DNA of 64,000 nt from Longimicrobiales bacterium (GCA_965204735.1 OZ242008.1:704001-768000), one strand, 5' to 3'; shown: positions 9,344 through 24,102, counted from the stretch's first letter. Notes: generated by a model not told the origin, from the sequence alone. Program-made: numbers and translations.

Positions 9344-11648
9344 ACGGAGAACTGCAAGGGCCTTCGGGACCCGAGCGGCCGCGCTGGCGTCGGGGATCGG
9401 CGCGCTGGCCGGCTGGGGCGTCCTTCTCCCGGCGGCCGGGCAGACGGCCCGCGAACCGAGCCGTGCCGGCGATCTCGTGCAGGAGGAAGTCGTCTCCGTC
9501 TCCTTCACGGGGAATCAAGCGTTTACCGACGCGGAGCTTCGGCGCGCAATCGCCACCCGGGCCTCGTCGTGCCCCTTCGTCCTGGCGGTGACCACGTGCG
9601 CCGTCGGGCTCGACTGGGGCCGCGACCGGGCGTACTACAGCCCCAGGCTGGTCGAAGAGGACGTGGGACGGCTCCGCGTCCTCCTCTACCCGGCCAACGG
9701 CTTTCGGAGCGCGACCGTGCAGCCACGGGTCTCTCGCGTGGAGGGCGGGGTGGCGGTGGAGTTCGTCATCGACGAGGGCGAGGCGTTCCGCATAGGCTCC
9801 GTCAACTTTGCCGGAGACCCCCTGCCTGCGGGCCTGGGAATCGATCAGGACCTTCCAGTGGCCCCGGGCGACCCCCTCGGCGACCTGTCCGTGAAGGAAG
9901 CGCGGGACACCGTCCAGATGCGGCTGCGCAACGCCGGCTACGCTTGGGCCGAGGTCTTTCGCCGGCACCTTCGCCCGCCGGGCGCGGACACCGCCACCTT
10001 GACCTACCAGATCGAACTCGGTCCCCTGGCGTCGGTGGGCCCGGTCCGGGTCGTGGGCCACCAGCTGCTGGGCGCCGAGGCGATCCTGGACCGCCTGCCC
10101 TTTCGAGAAGGCGACCGCTTCAGCGAACGGCTGATCCAGGAGGCGCAGCGCAGCCTTCACGAGCTGGAGATCGTCGCCCGGGCCTCGGTGCGCCGAGACG
10201 CCGCCGCGGCCGGGGCCGACTCGGCGCTGCCCGTCGTCGTCGAGGTGCGGGAGGGGGACGCCCACAGGGTGCGGCTCGGCGGCGGGCTCAACAGCGCCGA
10301 GTGCATCAACTTCGAGGGTCGCTGGGCCAGTCGAAACTTCTTCGGCGGGGGCCGCACCCTCCAGCTCCGAGGTCGAGTCTCCAACCTGCTGGCGACCCTT
10401 CTCCAGCCCACCTTCCTCTGCGCGCACGCCGGCACGGAGGAGTTCGGGCGGCTCAACGGTCTCGTCGCCCTGGACTTCGCGGAGCCGACGTTCCTCTCCC
10501 CCAGGACCAGCCTGCTGGCCGGCGTGTTCGTCGAGCGCCAGTCCCAGAAGAACGTCTTCGTCCGCGACGCCCTGGGCATGGAGCTGGGCCTCAACCGCGC
10601 CGCCGGTCGGAACGCCCGCCTCAGCCTGCGCGTCCGCCCCGAGATCAGCCGGCTCGACGCCGCGGAAGTGACGCTCTGCGCCACCTTTCTGGCGTGCGCG
10701 CCCGCCGAGATCGAGGCGCTGGCCAGCAACCACTGGCTCTCTCCCGTCGCCCTTTCCTTCAGCCGGGACGGCACCGACGGCCTCTTGAGCCCGCGTCGGG
10801 GGTTCAGGGCCTTGGTGGACCTGGAGTACGCCGGGCGGCTGACCGGCTCGGACTACGCCTACTTCCGGGCCCTGGCCGACGGCAGCCTCTACCGCGAGAT
10901 CGACCGAGCGACGGTGCTGGCGCTCCGGTTGCGCGCCGGCGCGATCAGCTCCGGCGCTTTCGTGCAGCCGGTGGCCCGTTCGGGAGGTCCACTGGACGTG
11001 GTGCCTTCCCAAAAGCGCTTCTACGGAGGGGGGGCCGGCAGCGTCCGGGGGTTCGCCCAAGGCACTCTGGGGCCGAGAAGCCTCTCGATCGGCGTCGAGG
11101 AGCTCCTGCGCCGGCGGGCGTCGCAGAGCCCGGCCTGCGAGCCCCGTGCCGTGAGGGAGCTGACGTGCGACGGCTCCTCGCTGGTGGGCGCCGGCCTCTT
11201 TCAGCTCCGGCCGATCGGGGGACTGGGAACGCTGGAGGCCAGCGCAGAGCTCCGCTTCGACTTCTCCGGGGGGCTCTTCGGCGGCGCCGCCTTCGTGGAC
11301 GTGGGGCAGGTGTGGCCGCAGGGCATCTCGCTGGACGACTTGGAGGTGTCGCCGGGAGTGGGCGTGCGGTACAACACGGTCTTCGGCCCGATCCGACTCG
11401 ACTTGGCCTACTCCTTCCGGGATCAGGAGCCGCTGCCGGTGGTGACGTCCCAGATCCGGCCCTTCGTCCCCGGCCGGGACGACCCCTCGGTCCGGATCGA
11501 CGCCGGGCCCCCTGGGACCCAGGAGCCCATCGACTGGGTCGTGTCGGAAGACTTGGCCCTGCTCCGGCCGCCGGTGCTCTTCGGAGACGACCCCGGGTTC
11601 TCCTTCCGGCGCTTCCAGCTCCACTTCTCCGTGGGCCAGGCGTTCTGA
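9321..11648 (+). CDS. TamA/BamA-family outer-membrane protein (POTRA + Omp85 barrel)
   Basis: POTRA-like [43 protein letters not shown]-terminal SVGQAF. Confidence 0.9.
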   Translation: MERVRTPRRRTARAFGTRAAALASGIGALAGWGVLLPAAGQTAREPSRAGDLVQEEVVSVSFTGNQAFTDAELRRAIATRASSCPFVLAVTTCAVGLDWGRDRAYYSPRLVEEDVGRLRVLLYPANGFRSATVQPRVSRVEGGVAVEFVIDEGEAFRIGSVNFAGDPLPAGLGIDQDLPVAPGDPLGDLSVKEARDTVQMRLRNAGYAWAEVFRRHLRPPGADTATLTYQIELGPLASVGPVRVVGHQLLGAEAILDRLPFREGDRFSERLIQEAQRSLHELEIVARASVRRDAAAAGADSALPVVVEVREGDAHRVRLGGGLNSAECINFEGRWASRNFFGGGRTLQLRGRVSNLLATLLQPTFLCAHAGTEEFGRLNGLVALDFAEPTFLSPRTSLLAGVFVERQSQKNVFVRDALGMELGLNRAAGRNARLSLRVRPEISRLDAAEVTLCATFLACAPAEIEALASNHWLSPVALSFSRDGTDGLLSPRRGFRALVDLEYAGRLTGSDYAYFRALADGSLYREIDRATVLALRLRAGAISSGAFVQPVARSGGPLDVVPSQKRFYGGGAGSVRGFAQGTLGPRSLSIGVEELLRRRASQSPACEPRAVRELTCDGSSLVGAGLFQLRPIGGLGTLEASAELRFDFSGGLFGGAAFVDVGQVWPQGISLDDLEVSPGVGVRYNTVFGPIRLDLAYSFRDQEPLPVVTSQIRPFVPGRDDPSVRIDAGPPGTQEPIDWVVSEDLALLRPPVLFGDDPGFSFRRFQLHFSVGQAF

Positions 11649-11650
11649 CG

Positions 11651-14600
11651 ATGGAGAGACGGCGACTTGCCCGCAGCTTCCGGTGGGGCCTTGCGGCGGT
11701 CCTGGCCGTTGCCGGGGCGGGAACCGCCGTCGCCGTCGTCGTGGCGCGCACCGCGGCCGGGCGGGAGTTCGCTGTGCAGTGGGCGCTGGAACGGCTCGAG
11801 GCCAGGCTGGACGGGACGATCCACGTGGGTTCCGTGGGGCAAGGGGGGCTGTGGGGCGGCGCGACCCTCCACCGCGTGGAGATCGCCGACGGCGAAGGAC
11901 GCCCAGTGGCGACGGTGGACTCGATCCGCGCCCGATACTCGCTGCGGGACGTCCTGGGAGACGCGCCCGCCGTCGCCGACCTTCGCCTCTGGTCGCCCGT
12001 GGTGGTGCGCGAGCCGGGACCGGACGGCAGGAGTCGGCTGGCCGCCGTCTTCGCGCCCCTCTCGGTGCCGGGCGGGGACGCGCCCCCGTCCGACGCCGCC
12101 GACCGGGGCTTCGAGGCGGGGCTCGTGGTCCGCGGCGCCCGCATTCACGACGGCGCCCTCGTGCTGCGGAACGCCGACGGCGCCGAACGGCGCTTGGACG
12201 GCATCCAGGCGAAGCTCGCCTTCGTCGAGCTCGCCCCCAGTCCGGGCGTCGCCTTCGCGGCCGAAGTGGACACGTTGACCGGCTCGTACCTGCTGAAGGG
12301 GGGGCGGCTGCGCTTGGCGGCCGCCGAGGCGTCGGTGGAGGGGACGGCCCAGGAGGTCGCCCTCGTCGCGGAGCGGCTTCGTCTGCCGAACTCGGTGGCG
12401 GCGGGCCGGGCAACTGCTCGCCGGAACGAAGACGGGCGATGGAGCTTGGAGCTGGAAGTGGAGCGGGCGCGCTCGGCCCTGGCGGACTTCGCCTGGCTGG
12501 ACCCGGTCGGCGAACGCCTCGAAGGCGGGCTGGCGAAGGGCGTGGCGACGGGCGCGTGGCGGCTGGAGGCCGGTCCCGGCGGGCTGGCCCTGGACGCCGT
12601 CGACGGCGCCGTGGAGTGGGACGGGTCGCGGGTCGCGCTCTCCGGCGGCGTCGCATGGGCGAACACCGCTTCGGGCGCCGCCTCGGCCTCCCGCGCTCCA
12701 CCGCCGCCGCCAGCCGCGCCGTCGCCAGGGCCGAACTCCGCTTCGGGCGCCGCCTCGGCCTCCGGCGCTCCACCGCCGCCGCCAGCCGCGCCGTCGCCAG
12801 GGCCGAACTCCGCTTCGGGCGCCGCCTCGGCCTCCGGCGCCGAGTCCTTCCGCTTCCGCCGGCTTCGCGTGTTCGGCGCGTCGGTGGACGCCCGCGAAGC
12901 GGCCCGGCGGCTCTCTCCGACCGCAGCCGCCCGCCTCCGCGCCACCGGCGCGCAGACCGTCTCGGGCGACGTGGAGCTGGACGGGCCGCTGGACAGCCTC
13001 CACCTGACGGGCGGCCTCGTCCTGCACGGCCCCGGCGGAGACTCCCTGGTCGCGGCCTCGGGCGCCGGCACGGCGCTGGGGAGCCTCCGCTCGGTGCGGA
13101 ACTTCGCCGTCGACGCCACCGTCGCCGACTTCCGCCTGGCCCGCGCCCTCCACCCTCGCTTCCCGTGGACGGGGCCGGGCCGCGCCACCGTCCGGGCGAC
13201 GGGAGACCTGCCCACGGGGATGACGGTGCGGGCAGCGGCGACCCGAAGCGCGGCGCCCTTCCCGGCTCTCCCGCCTCCGGCGTCGGCGCCGGCCGACCGT
13301 CTCCTCGACTCCGTGTCCTTCGCAGGAGTCCTCTACGGCGCCGACGGCGTGGCGGTCGTGGAAGGCGAAGCGACCGCCGCGCCCCTCGCCCTTTCGGGGC
13401 TCGAGCCCCTCTGGCCCGGCGTCTCCCGTCTGGACGCCTCGCGGTTCGGCGCCGTCCGCGGCACGGCTGCCGTCTCCGGTCCCCTGGAGCGCCTTCGGGT
13501 GGCGGCGGAGCTGGCCACCCCGGCGGGTCCCCTCGTGGCGGAGGGCCAAGTCAGCCTCCGCAGCCCGGCCGTCGACTACGACCTTGCCCTCTCGGCCCGC
13601 GAGTTCCGCCTCTCGGAGCTGGCGCCCGGCGTTCCCGCGCCCACCGTGGTGTCGGGGACCGCAAGCCTCGTGGGAAGCGGCACGAGCCTCGCCTCCCTGC
13701 GCGGCGCCCTGGCGGTCGCCACCGGCCCGTCCACGGTCGGCCCGGTGCAGGTGGACACGCTGGACGCGCGAGTGCGGATCGGCGAAGACGGCCTCCTCCA
13801 CGTCGAGTCGATCTTCGCCCGGGCCGGCGGCCTCGACCTGCGCAGCGACGGCGGAACGCTGGCCCTCGGTCCCGACGCCGCCGGCAGCGCGCAGGGCGTC
13901 GTGGTGGACGTGTCGGCGGCGTCGATCCGTCCTCTGCGCCCCCTCTTCATGGGCAACGACCGAGTCGCCTGGGACGACCTCTCGGCGATCGAGCAGGGCT
14001 TCATGATCGAGACCGCCGGCGTGGACCCGGACACCTTTCCCGCCGCGCGCGACATCCGCTTCGAGGGCTCGGTGCAGGGCGAGCTGCGGCTCGAGGGCGA
14101 GATCGCCGACCTCACCGCCACCCTGTCGGCCACGGCGAAGGGAGTCCGCTACGGCGCCCACTCCGCCGGCGAGCTGACGATGGAAGGGGAAGCCCAGGGA
14201 CTCCGCGTCGCGCCGCCGGACGCGGCCGTGCAGACCGCCGCGCCGCCGCTGGTCCTCTCCGGCGCAATCGAGGCGACCGACTCGGTGGTCGTCGCGGGTC
14301 GGCGCTTTGCCGCCGCCCGGGTCGAGGGCAGCTACTCCCTGGACGGCTCGGGCCGCGCGCAAGTGCGCGTGGTTCGCTCGCCCGGCGAGTCCTACGAAGC
14401 CCTGGCAAGCGTCCGCGTCGATGGAGAGCAGCGTCGCGTCGACCTGGACCGCCTCGTGCTCGACTTCGGCGAGCTGCGCTGGAACCTCCAGGGCCCGGCG
14501 CGCTTCGCGTGGAGCCCGGATGCGGTGACGGTCCGCGACTTCGGTCTGGTCCGGCCAGGGTGGGGAGGGCTTCGCCTGCGCGCCGGCGGGCGCCTGGCCC

Positions 14601-16354
14601 TGAGCGGCGGCGAGTCCGACTTCGGCCTGGAGGCGACCGGGCTGAACCTGGCGTTGGTGGGACGCCTCCTCCAAGTGGACGAGGTGGTCGAGGGGGCGGC
14701 CCAGGCGGACGTGCGGGTCCACGGCACGGCGGACGCGCCCCGCTGGGACGGCTTCGCCCGGATCGTCGGCGCCGCCTGGGGCGACCTGCGCTTCGACAGC
14801 GTCTCGGCAGAGGCGAGGTACGCCCGCCGCGCGGCGGACGTTCGCGCCGGGTCGTGGATCGGAGGCCGCCGGGCCCTCGCCGTGACGGGCGAACTTCCCC
14901 TCGACCTGCGCTTCGCCGCCGAAGAGCGGCTGCCCGACGAGCCCATGGACCTGGAGATCGAAGCGGACGCCTTCCCGCTGGCGCTGGCGCTGGGCGCAGT
15001 GGACGGACTCGAGGACGCCAGCGGAAGCATCGGGGGCAGCCTGCGGCTTCAAGGAACGCGCGCGGCGCCGTCGCCCTCGGGCCGGCTCGGGATCGAGGAC
15101 GGGACCGCGCTGGTGGCGCCGCTGGGCGTCCGGCTCTCCGCCGCCGCCGTGGAGATGAGGGTGAGCCCCGACGGCAAGGTGCGCGTGAACGGCTCGGTGG
15201 AGTCGGGCGGCTCGGTGCAGGTCCGGGGCGTCGTCGACGCCGCCCGGCCCCTGGACCCCGGCTTCGACTTGGCGTTCTGGCCCCGCGGCCTGCAAGTCGT
15301 GAACCGGCGCGACATGGAAGCGGCGGTCACCGGCGACTCGGTGGCCCTCACCGGCTCCTACACGGCGCCGCTGGTGGAAGGAACCCTGGAAGTGGACGGC
15401 GGCACGGTGTACCTGGAGGAGTTCCAGCGCTCGGCGGAGACCCTCAGCTTCTACGACCGGAGCCTCTTCGAGGCGGCCACCGAAGGCGCAGACCGCGCCG
15501 CCCTCGCCGTGGCGCCCAACCCGTTCCTGGCCAACCTTCGCGTCCTGGTCGAGCTCGAGGTCGGTCGGGGCAACTGGCTCCGTTCGCAGGCGATGAACAT
15601 GGAGACCGAGGGCGACCTGACCGTCACCTTCGACCGGCAGCGCAACGAGCTGATCCTTTACGGCGCCATGGACGTCGTGCGAGGCGCCTACACCGGCCTG
15701 CCGCGCCCCTTCGCCATGACCGAGGGCGAGTTCGACTTCCCCGGAACGCCCGGCTTCGACCCCAACGTGTCGGTCGCCGCCGAGAGCCGCCTCCGCACCC
15801 ACGACGGCCAGCCGATGGTCGTCACCGCCGACATCTCCGGGCCGCTGCGTTCCCTCCGCCTGGCGCTCTCCAGCGACGCGGGACCGGGAGTCACCGAGGG
15901 CGACATCTACAGCTACCTGCTCACGGGACGCCCAGCGTCGGCAGGCCAGGCCCAAGTGGACGCGGGCGTCAACCTCGTAGTGGGACGGGTGGCCAACCAG
16001 ATCGGCGCCCTGCTGGCGCCGCAGCTCCGCCTGGATCATCTCTCCGTCTCGCAGGCCGAGCAGAGCCCGGCCGCGGCCACGATCGGCGCGTCCTCCCTGC
16101 AAGTCGAGTTCGGCCGCTACGTGCGCGAAAACGTCTTCCTCAAGGGGGTCTACCAGCGGGGCTACTGCGCCGATCCGGCCCTCCCCGTGAACAGCGGCGG
16201 TGCCCGCGCCGAAGTCGGGCTGCCCCAGGACGTCACGCTGGAAGGCTTCTTCGAGAACCGGTGCACCCGAGAGGGGTTCCGGGGCCTGGGCGGCCTCTCC
16301 CTGGACCAAGCGTGGGTCTGGGGACTCTTCTTCTTCCGCGAGTGGGGCTACTAG
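11651..16354 (+). CDS. TamB translocation/assembly module protein
   Basis: N-terminal anchor, ~1570 aa beta-rich, C-terminal DUF490-like region ([20 protein letters not shown]); follows tamA-like gene. Confidence 0.85.
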   Translation: MERRRLARSFRWGLAAVLAVAGAGTAVAVVVARTAAGREFAVQWALERLEARLDGTIHVGSVGQGGLWGGATLHRVEIADGEGRPVATVDSIRARYSLRDVLGDAPAVADLRLWSPVVVREPGPDGRSRLAAVFAPLSVPGGDAPPSDAADRGFEAGLVVRGARIHDGALVLRNADGAERRLDGIQAKLAFVELAPSPGVAFAAEVDTLTGSYLLKGGRLRLAAAEASVEGTAQEVALVAERLRLPNSVAAGRATARRNEDGRWSLELEVERARSALADFAWLDPVGERLEGGLAKGVATGAWRLEAGPGGLALDAVDGAVEWDGSRVALSGGVAWANTASGAASASRAPPPPPAAPSPGPNSASGAASASGAPPPPPAAPSPGPNSASGAASASGAESFRFRRLRVFGASVDAREAARRLSPTAAARLRATGAQTVSGDVELDGPLDSLHLTGGLVLHGPGGDSLVAASGAGTALGSLRSVRNFAVDATVADFRLARALHPRFPWTGPGRATVRATGDLPTGMTVRAAATRSAAPFPALPPPASAPADRLLDSVSFAGVLYGADGVAVVEGEATAAPLALSGLEPLWPGVSRLDASRFGAVRGTAAVSGPLERLRVAAELATPAGPLVAEGQVSLRSPAVDYDLALSAREFRLSELAPGVPAPTVVSGTASLVGSGTSLASLRGALAVATGPSTVGPVQVDTLDARVRIGEDGLLHVESIFARAGGLDLRSDGGTLALGPDAAGSAQGVVVDVSAASIRPLRPLFMGNDRVAWDDLSAIEQGFMIETAGVDPDTFPAARDIRFEGSVQGELRLEGEIADLTATLSATAKGVRYGAHSAGELTMEGEAQGLRVAPPDAAVQTAAPPLVLSGAIEATDSVVVAGRRFAAARVEGSYSLDGSGRAQVRVVRSPGESYEALASVRVDGEQRRVDLDRLVLDFGELRWNLQGPARFAWSPDAVTVRDFGLVRPGWGGLRLRAGGRLALSGGESDFGLEATGLNLALVGRLLQVDEVVEGAAQADVRVHGTADAPRWDGFARIVGAAWGDLRFDSVSAEARYARRAADVRAGSWIGGRRALAVTGELPLDLRFAAEERLPDEPMDLEIEADAFPLALALGAVDGLEDASGSIGGSLRLQGTRAAPSPSGRLGIEDGTALVAPLGVRLSAAAVEMRVSPDGKVRVNGSVESGGSVQVRGVVDAARPLDPGFDLAFWPRGLQVVNRRDMEAAVTGDSVALTGSYTAPLVEGTLEVDGGTVYLEEFQRSAETLSFYDRSLFEAATEGADRAALAVAPNPFLANLRVLVELEVGRGNWLRSQAMNMETEGDLTVTFDRQRNELILYGAMDVVRGAYTGLPRPFAMTEGEFDFPGTPGFDPNVSVAAESRLRTHDGQPMVVTADISGPLRSLRLALSSDAGPGVTEGDIYSYLLTGRPASAGQAQVDAGVNLVVGRVANQIGALLAPQLRLDHLSVSQAEQSPAAATIGASSLQVEFGRYVRENVFLKGVYQRGYCADPALPVNSGGARAEVGLPQDVTLEGFFENRCTREGFRGLGGLSLDQAWVWGLFFFREWGY
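12661..12841 (+). repeat. In-frame 72-bp tandem repeat (~2.5 copies) in tamB-like gene
   Basis: Units start at 12661, 12733, 12805; encode [24 protein letters not shown]. Confidence 0.95.
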
Positions 16355-16423
16355 CGGGCGGCTCCCCTTCGTACCTTTCGCTCCGGCAACGGCAGCGCAC
16401 CGCCAAGGACAAGGAGAGCCACC

Positions 16424-17269
16424 ATGCAGTACATGCGCATGTTCGTCCTGATGGCCGCCCTCACGGCCTTCCTGGGGTTCGTCGGCAACCTTCTCGGAGG
16501 CCAGGGCGGGATGGCGATCGCCCTGATCTTCGCCGTGGGCATGAACGCCTGGATGTACTGGCGCTCGGACCGGGCGGTCCTGCGCATGTACGGCGCCCGG
16601 ATCGTGGGACCCGAAGACGCGCCCGGCCTCTACCGGATGGTGGACCGCCTCCGCCGGCGGGCCGACCTGCCGATGCCCGTGGTGGCGGTCGCGCCCTCGC
16701 CCCAGCCCAACGCCTTCGCCACGGGCCGCTCTCCTTCCAAGGCCGTGGTGTGCTTCACCCAGGGCATCCTCAAGGCGCTCTCGCCCCAGGAGCTGGAAGG
16801 GGTGACCGCCCACGAGCTGGCCCACATCAAGCACCGCCACGTCCTCGTCGGCACGGTGGCGGCCACCATGGCGGGCGCGGTGGGGATCCTCGCCACCATG
16901 GCCCAGTGGGCGGCGATCTTCGGCGGCCGGGACGAGGACGACAACCCCTTGGCGCTCCTGGCCATGGCGATCGTGGCCCCCTTGGGCGCCGCCATCATCC
17001 AGACGGCGATCAGCCGCCAGAACGAGTTCCAGGCGGACCGCACCGGAGGCCGGATCGCCGGCAGCCCGCTCCACTTGGCCAACGCCCTGACCCGGCTGGA
17101 CCGCACCGCCCGCCGCATCCCCATGAAGGTGAACCCGGCCGCGGCCCAGCTGGCGATCGTCAACCCCTTGGCCGGGCGCAAGGCGGGCTTCTCCGGGTTG
17201 TTCAGCACCCATCCCCCCACCGAGGAACGGGTGGCCAGGCTCGCCGAGCAGGCGCGGAGGTCCGCCTAG
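16424..17269 (+). CDS. htpX: Zinc metalloprotease HtpX
   Basis: [14 protein letters not shown] (HEXXH), [28 protein letters not shown]. Confidence 0.93.
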   Translation: MQYMRMFVLMAALTAFLGFVGNLLGGQGGMAIALIFAVGMNAWMYWRSDRAVLRMYGARIVGPEDAPGLYRMVDRLRRRADLPMPVVAVAPSPQPNAFATGRSPSKAVVCFTQGILKALSPQELEGVTAHELAHIKHRHVLVGTVAATMAGAVGILATMAQWAAIFGGRDEDDNPLALLAMAIVAPLGAAIIQTAISRQNEFQADRTGGRIAGSPLHLANALTRLDRTARRIPMKVNPAAAQLAIVNPLAGRKAGFSGLFSTHPPTEERVARLAEQARRSA

Positions 17270-17273
17270 ACCC

Positions 17274-20207
<2,934 letters not shown>

Positions 20208-20529
20208 CCCGCCCCGCGGCCCGGGGCGACGCCCACGAAGCCGAGACCGAGCCGCCGCCCGAGGAGAGCCTGCCCGCCAGCCCGTGGCGACGCCTTCGTG
20301 GAGCGCGTGGTCGACGCTGGCGACGATGCCCGCCCTCCAGCCCGTGGCGACGCCCCCTCGCCCGTGCGTAGCCCGATGCAGGACGGTCGTTCCCCTCGCG
20401 CACCGCCACGGACGCCCCCTCGCCCCGCGCGTAGCCCGACCAAGCCGCTCCGTGTTATCTTCACCTTGTGCGCCTGCCTGCCGACGGCGCCCGCGCACTT
20501 TGCTGCGAAGCCCACCGTCAGGAGACGAC

Positions 20530-20931
20530 GTGATCAGCCGAGAAGACCTGCAGAGCTACCTGATCCGCATGGACGCGGAGTTCGAGGAGGTGGACCATGG
20601 GATGTTCCTCGTCCATACCGACCACGACGGCGCGCCGATCGTGGTGCACCACTCCGACCCCCTCCTGCTGGTCCGGATGAAGGTCATGGACCTGCCAGAC
20701 GATTCGAGCGGGCTGGCCGAACTCTACGAGACGCTTCTCAAGCTGAACGCTTCGGACGTGGTGCACGGCGCCTACGGGATCGAGGAGGGGGAGCTGATCC
20801 TGAGCGACACGCTCCAGCTCGGGAACCTGGACTTCGAGGAGCTGCAGGCGTCGCTGGAGAGCGTTCAGCTGGCGGCATCGGCCCATATGGCGCGGATCCG
20901 CGGGCTGGCGGAAGCAGGAGGAAGCGAGTAG
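20530..20931 (+). CDS. CesT/YbjN-like chaperone-fold protein
   Basis: GTG at 20530 after CAGGAG; acidic ~133 aa, LYETLLKLNASDVVHGAYGI pattern; directly upstream of pspA. Confidence 0.7.
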   Translation: MISREDLQSYLIRMDAEFEEVDHGMFLVHTDHDGAPIVVHHSDPLLLVRMKVMDLPDDSSGLAELYETLLKLNASDVVHGAYGIEEGELILSDTLQLGNLDFEELQASLESVQLAASAHMARIRGLAEAGGSE

Positions 20932-20935
20932 CGCG

Positions 20936-21808
20936 ATGAGCATCTTCAGCAAGTTCTCGACGATGATCCGGTCGAACATCAACGACCTCATCTCCCGGGC
21001 GGAGAACCCGGAGAAGATGCTGAACCAGATCATCCTGGACATGCGGGACCAGCTGGCGAAGTCGAAGCGCGAAGTGGCGTCGGCGATCGCCGACGAGCGG
21101 AAGCTGAAGTCCCAGCTGGAAGGGGAGCGCAAGCAGGTCCGGGAGTGGGAGAGCCGGGCGATGCTGGCGGTCAACGAGGGCCGCGACGATCTGGCGAAGC
21201 AGGCTCTGGTGCGGCAACAGGAGCACGCGGAGCGGGCGGCGTCGCTGGAGGGGACCTGGCAGGCGCAGGCGGCGGAGACGGAGAAGCTGAAGGGGTCGCT
21301 GCGCCAGCTGAACGACAAGATCGAGGAGGCGAAGCGGAAGCGGAACCTTCTGGTGGCGAAGCAGAAGCGGGCGCAGGCGCAGCGGCGCATCCACGAGACG
21401 ATGTCGGGGCTGTCGGACACGTCGGCGTTCGAGGCGTTCAACCGCATGGCCGACAAGATCGAGGAGGAGGAGCGGCGCAATCTGGCGCAGGCCGAGGTGA
21501 CCGAAGCTCTCTCCGGCGACACGCTGGAGACGGAGTTTCTCCGGCTGGAGTCCGGATCCGGCGACGCCGGGATGGACGACCGCCTGCTGGACCTGAAGGC
21601 GAAGATGGGACTCCTGCCGAGCGGAAGCGGACCGAAGCAGCTGGGTTCGGGCGAGGAAGCCGCCGGCGACGGCGCGTCGGGCGCCGCCCGCTCCGACGCC
21701 AGCGACTCCGACGCCAAGTCGGCGGAGGACGCCCACGCGCCGCCGGAAGTCCGCGAAGCCGAGCTCCTAGAGGAGTTCGAGAAGCTGGAGCGCGGCGGCC
21801 GCTCGTGA
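20936..21808 (+). CDS. pspA: PspA/IM30 (ESCRT-III-like) protein
   Basis: MSIFSKFSTMIRSNINDLISRAENPEKMLNQ..., GRDDLAKQAL, AFEAFNRMADKIE; coiled coil. Confidence 0.93.
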   Translation: MSIFSKFSTMIRSNINDLISRAENPEKMLNQIILDMRDQLAKSKREVASAIADERKLKSQLEGERKQVREWESRAMLAVNEGRDDLAKQALVRQQEHAERAASLEGTWQAQAAETEKLKGSLRQLNDKIEEAKRKRNLLVAKQKRAQAQRRIHETMSGLSDTSAFEAFNRMADKIEEEERRNLAQAEVTEALSGDTLETEFLRLESGSGDAGMDDRLLDLKAKMGLLPSGSGPKQLGSGEEAAGDGASGAARSDASDSDAKSAEDAHAPPEVREAELLEEFEKLERGGRS

Positions 21809-22650
21809 GCGTGGTCCACCTGAACGGGGAGTACCTTCCGAAGGGCGAAGCCAAGGTTTCGGTGGACGAGCGAGGCTTCCTCTTCGCCGACGGAGTCTAC
21901 GAAGTCACGCCGGCCTACGGCGGCCGTCTCTTCCGCTGGCCCCAGCACCTGGATCGGATGCGGAAGGGGCTCGCGGCGCTGCGGATCGACTTCGACGCCG
22001 CCGCCCTGGAGGCAGTCAAGTACGAGCTGCTGGCCCGCAACGGGCTGGACAAGGCTCCTGCCGCCTACGTGTACGTGCAGGTGACCCGGGGCGCCGCCCC
22101 CAGAATGCACGCCTTCCCGGACCCGCCCGTGGCCCCCGGCGTCTACGCCTTCGCCAACCCCTACCACCGCCCGTCGATGGAGCGCTGGGAGCGGGGCTTC
22201 CGCGCCGTGACGGTGCCGGACCAGCGCTGGGCCCGGGCGGACGTCAAGGCGATCGCGCTGCTGCCCAACGTCATGGCCCAGCAAGCGGCGGTGGACGCCG
22301 GCGTGAGCAACGCGATCTTCGTCCGCGACGGGATGGCGATGGAGGGCGCCCACAACAACCTCTTCGCCGTCTGCGACGGGACGCTGATCACGGCGCCCAA
22401 GTCCAACTACATCCTCCACGGCGTCACCCGCGACTTCGTGATCGGCCTGGCCGCCGAGATGGGAATCGCCGTGGAGGAGCGGGCGATCCCGCTGCCGGAG
22501 CTCTACGCCGCCGCCGAGCTCTTCTTCACTGGCACCACGACCGAGATCAAGCCCGCCGTGGAGGTCGACGGCCGCCGGATCGGCAACGGCCGGCCGGGTC
22601 CGGCCACGCGACGGCTCTACGCGACGTTCCTGGAGGCGGTGGGCGGGTAG
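21805..22650 (+). CDS. Class IV (D-amino acid) aminotransferase
   Basis: ERGFLFADGVYEV, HLDRM, YVQVTRG, ILHGVTR, ELFFTGTTTEI. Confidence 0.9.
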   Translation: MSVVHLNGEYLPKGEAKVSVDERGFLFADGVYEVTPAYGGRLFRWPQHLDRMRKGLAALRIDFDAAALEAVKYELLARNGLDKAPAAYVYVQVTRGAAPRMHAFPDPPVAPGVYAFANPYHRPSMERWERGFRAVTVPDQRWARADVKAIALLPNVMAQQAAVDAGVSNAIFVRDGMAMEGAHNNLFAVCDGTLITAPKSNYILHGVTRDFVIGLAAEMGIAVEERAIPLPELYAAAELFFTGTTTEIKPAVEVDGRRIGNGRPGPATRRLYATFLEAVGG

Positions 22651-22965
22651 CGGAACGTTCGACGGCAGGACGACGGTCGACGCACACCCCCGTACGAGGA
22701 AGCACCCGACATCCCGGCGGCGCCGGAGATGGGCCGGTTGCGCTCCCTGCCGACAACCGACCTCGCGTGGCGGACGGGCGTGGTCAGGCAGTCGACCAAC
22801 CGGCGCGGCTGGGCAAAAAAATCTGTCCCATCCAGCCATGGAAATGGCGCACCCCCGGTGAGACACTGAGGCCAGGGCCGGAGACTGTCCCGGCCAGCTT
22901 CGGGGGAACTCCGTCCGCGACGCCTCCGAAGCGCCTCTCGTCTCGGACGCACTGGAGCCGCCGCC

Positions 22966-24102
22966 ATGGACCCCTCCACCAACGAACCGCCCACTCTCAC
23001 CAAGCCGGAACGCCGCCGCCACGACCAGAGCTACAAGCGCCTCTTCAACACCGTGGCTGCCGTCGTGGCCCTCGTCCGCGACTTGGCGGCCAAGGGCTGG
23101 GCCGACCAGCTCGACCTGCTGGCCGTCGATCCGTTCCCCACCGAGACCGTGGGCCCCGACCTGCGGCGCCGGCTCTGCGACTGCGCTTGGCGCGTCCGGT
23201 TCAAGGACGGTCGATGGGCCGTCTTCCTCTTCGAGTTCCAGTCCTCCGTCGATCCGGGCATGGTCCTCAGGACGCTGCGCTACAGCGAGGCCGCCCACAC
23301 GGTGCTGCACACGCACGAGCGGCAGCGCAACCCCGACGACACCATGCCCCTCGTGCTCTCGTTCGTCGTCTACACCGGCACGAGGCCATGGACGGCCGAG
23401 ACGACGCTGGCCGGGCTGGCCGGCCGGGAGGAGCCGTCGCCGGTCGTGGCGCGGGCGGTCGCTGGCTTGGCGACCACTCACGGCTACGGGCTGCTTGACT
23501 TGCGGTCGGCGCTGGCGCAAGGGTTGCTTCCCAGGGAGAGCGTGCTGGGCTGGGTCGCTGCACTGGAGGAGGACCCGTGGACGAACTTTCCGGCGGTGCA
23601 CGGGAGGATGGCGGAGCAGTGGGCCGGCCCGGACTATCTTGCAGAGCGGCAGGCGTTCGCGGACTGGACGGACGAGCGGCTGCGTATGGTGGGGGTGCCG
23701 GAGGAGGCACGTCAGGACATCGTGGAGCAGATCATCCAACCGAAGGAGGAGGAAGAGATGGGCCAGACCTATGCGGAGTGGGCGGAGGGCCACCGGCAGC
23801 GGGGCCTGGAGCAGGGGCTCGAACAGGGGCTCCAGCAGGGACGTGAGCAGGGGCTCGAACGGGGACGCGAGCAGGGGCGTGAGCAGGGGCTCGAACGGGG
23901 ACTCGAGCAGGGGCGTGCGGAAGGCCGAGCGATCATGCTGCTGCGTCTGGCTTCGCGGCGGTTCGGAGCCCAGACGGCGCGACGGCTGGAGGCGCGGGTG
24001 CGCTCCATGAGCGCCGAGCAGCTGGCCCGGGTCGGGGACGCGGTCGTGGAGTGCGACACTGCCGACGAGTTCCTGGCCGTGGCCGGCAACAGCGACTCGT
24101 AG
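22966..24102 (+). CDS. Rpn (YhgA-like) PD-(D/E)XK nuclease / putative transposase
   Basis: HDQSYKRLF, D..W......LFEFQSSVD..M..R...Y, VVYTG.RPW; C-terminal GLEQ/GREQ repeats and DUF4351-like tail. Confidence 0.88.
   Translation: MDPSTNEPPTLTKPERRRHDQSYKRLFNTVAAVVALVRDLAAKGWADQLDLLAVDPFPTETVGPDLRRRLCDCAWRVRFKDGRWAVFLFEFQSSVDPGMVLRTLRYSEAAHTVLHTHERQRNPDDTMPLVLSFVVYTGTRPWTAETTLAGLAGREEPSPVVARAVAGLATTHGYGLLDLRSALAQGLLPRESVLGWVAALEEDPWTNFPAVHGRMAEQWAGPDYLAERQAFADWTDERLRMVGVPEEARQDIVEQIIQPKEEEEMGQTYAEWAEGHRQRGLEQGLEQGLQQGREQGLERGREQGREQGLERGLEQGRAEGRAIMLLRLASRRFGAQTARRLEARVRSMSAEQLARVGDAVVECDTADEFLAVAGNSDS
23803..23925 (+). repeat. 12-bp tandem repeats encoding G(L/R)E(Q/R) tetrapeptides
   Basis: About 10 units such as ggggctcgaaca / gggacgtgagca. 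Confidence 0.9.

Noticed and set aside
20220..20440. CRISPR array
   Set aside because: Repeats are only ~14 bp conserved and drifting, with at most 3-4 units and no cas genes; kept only as a low-interest repeat
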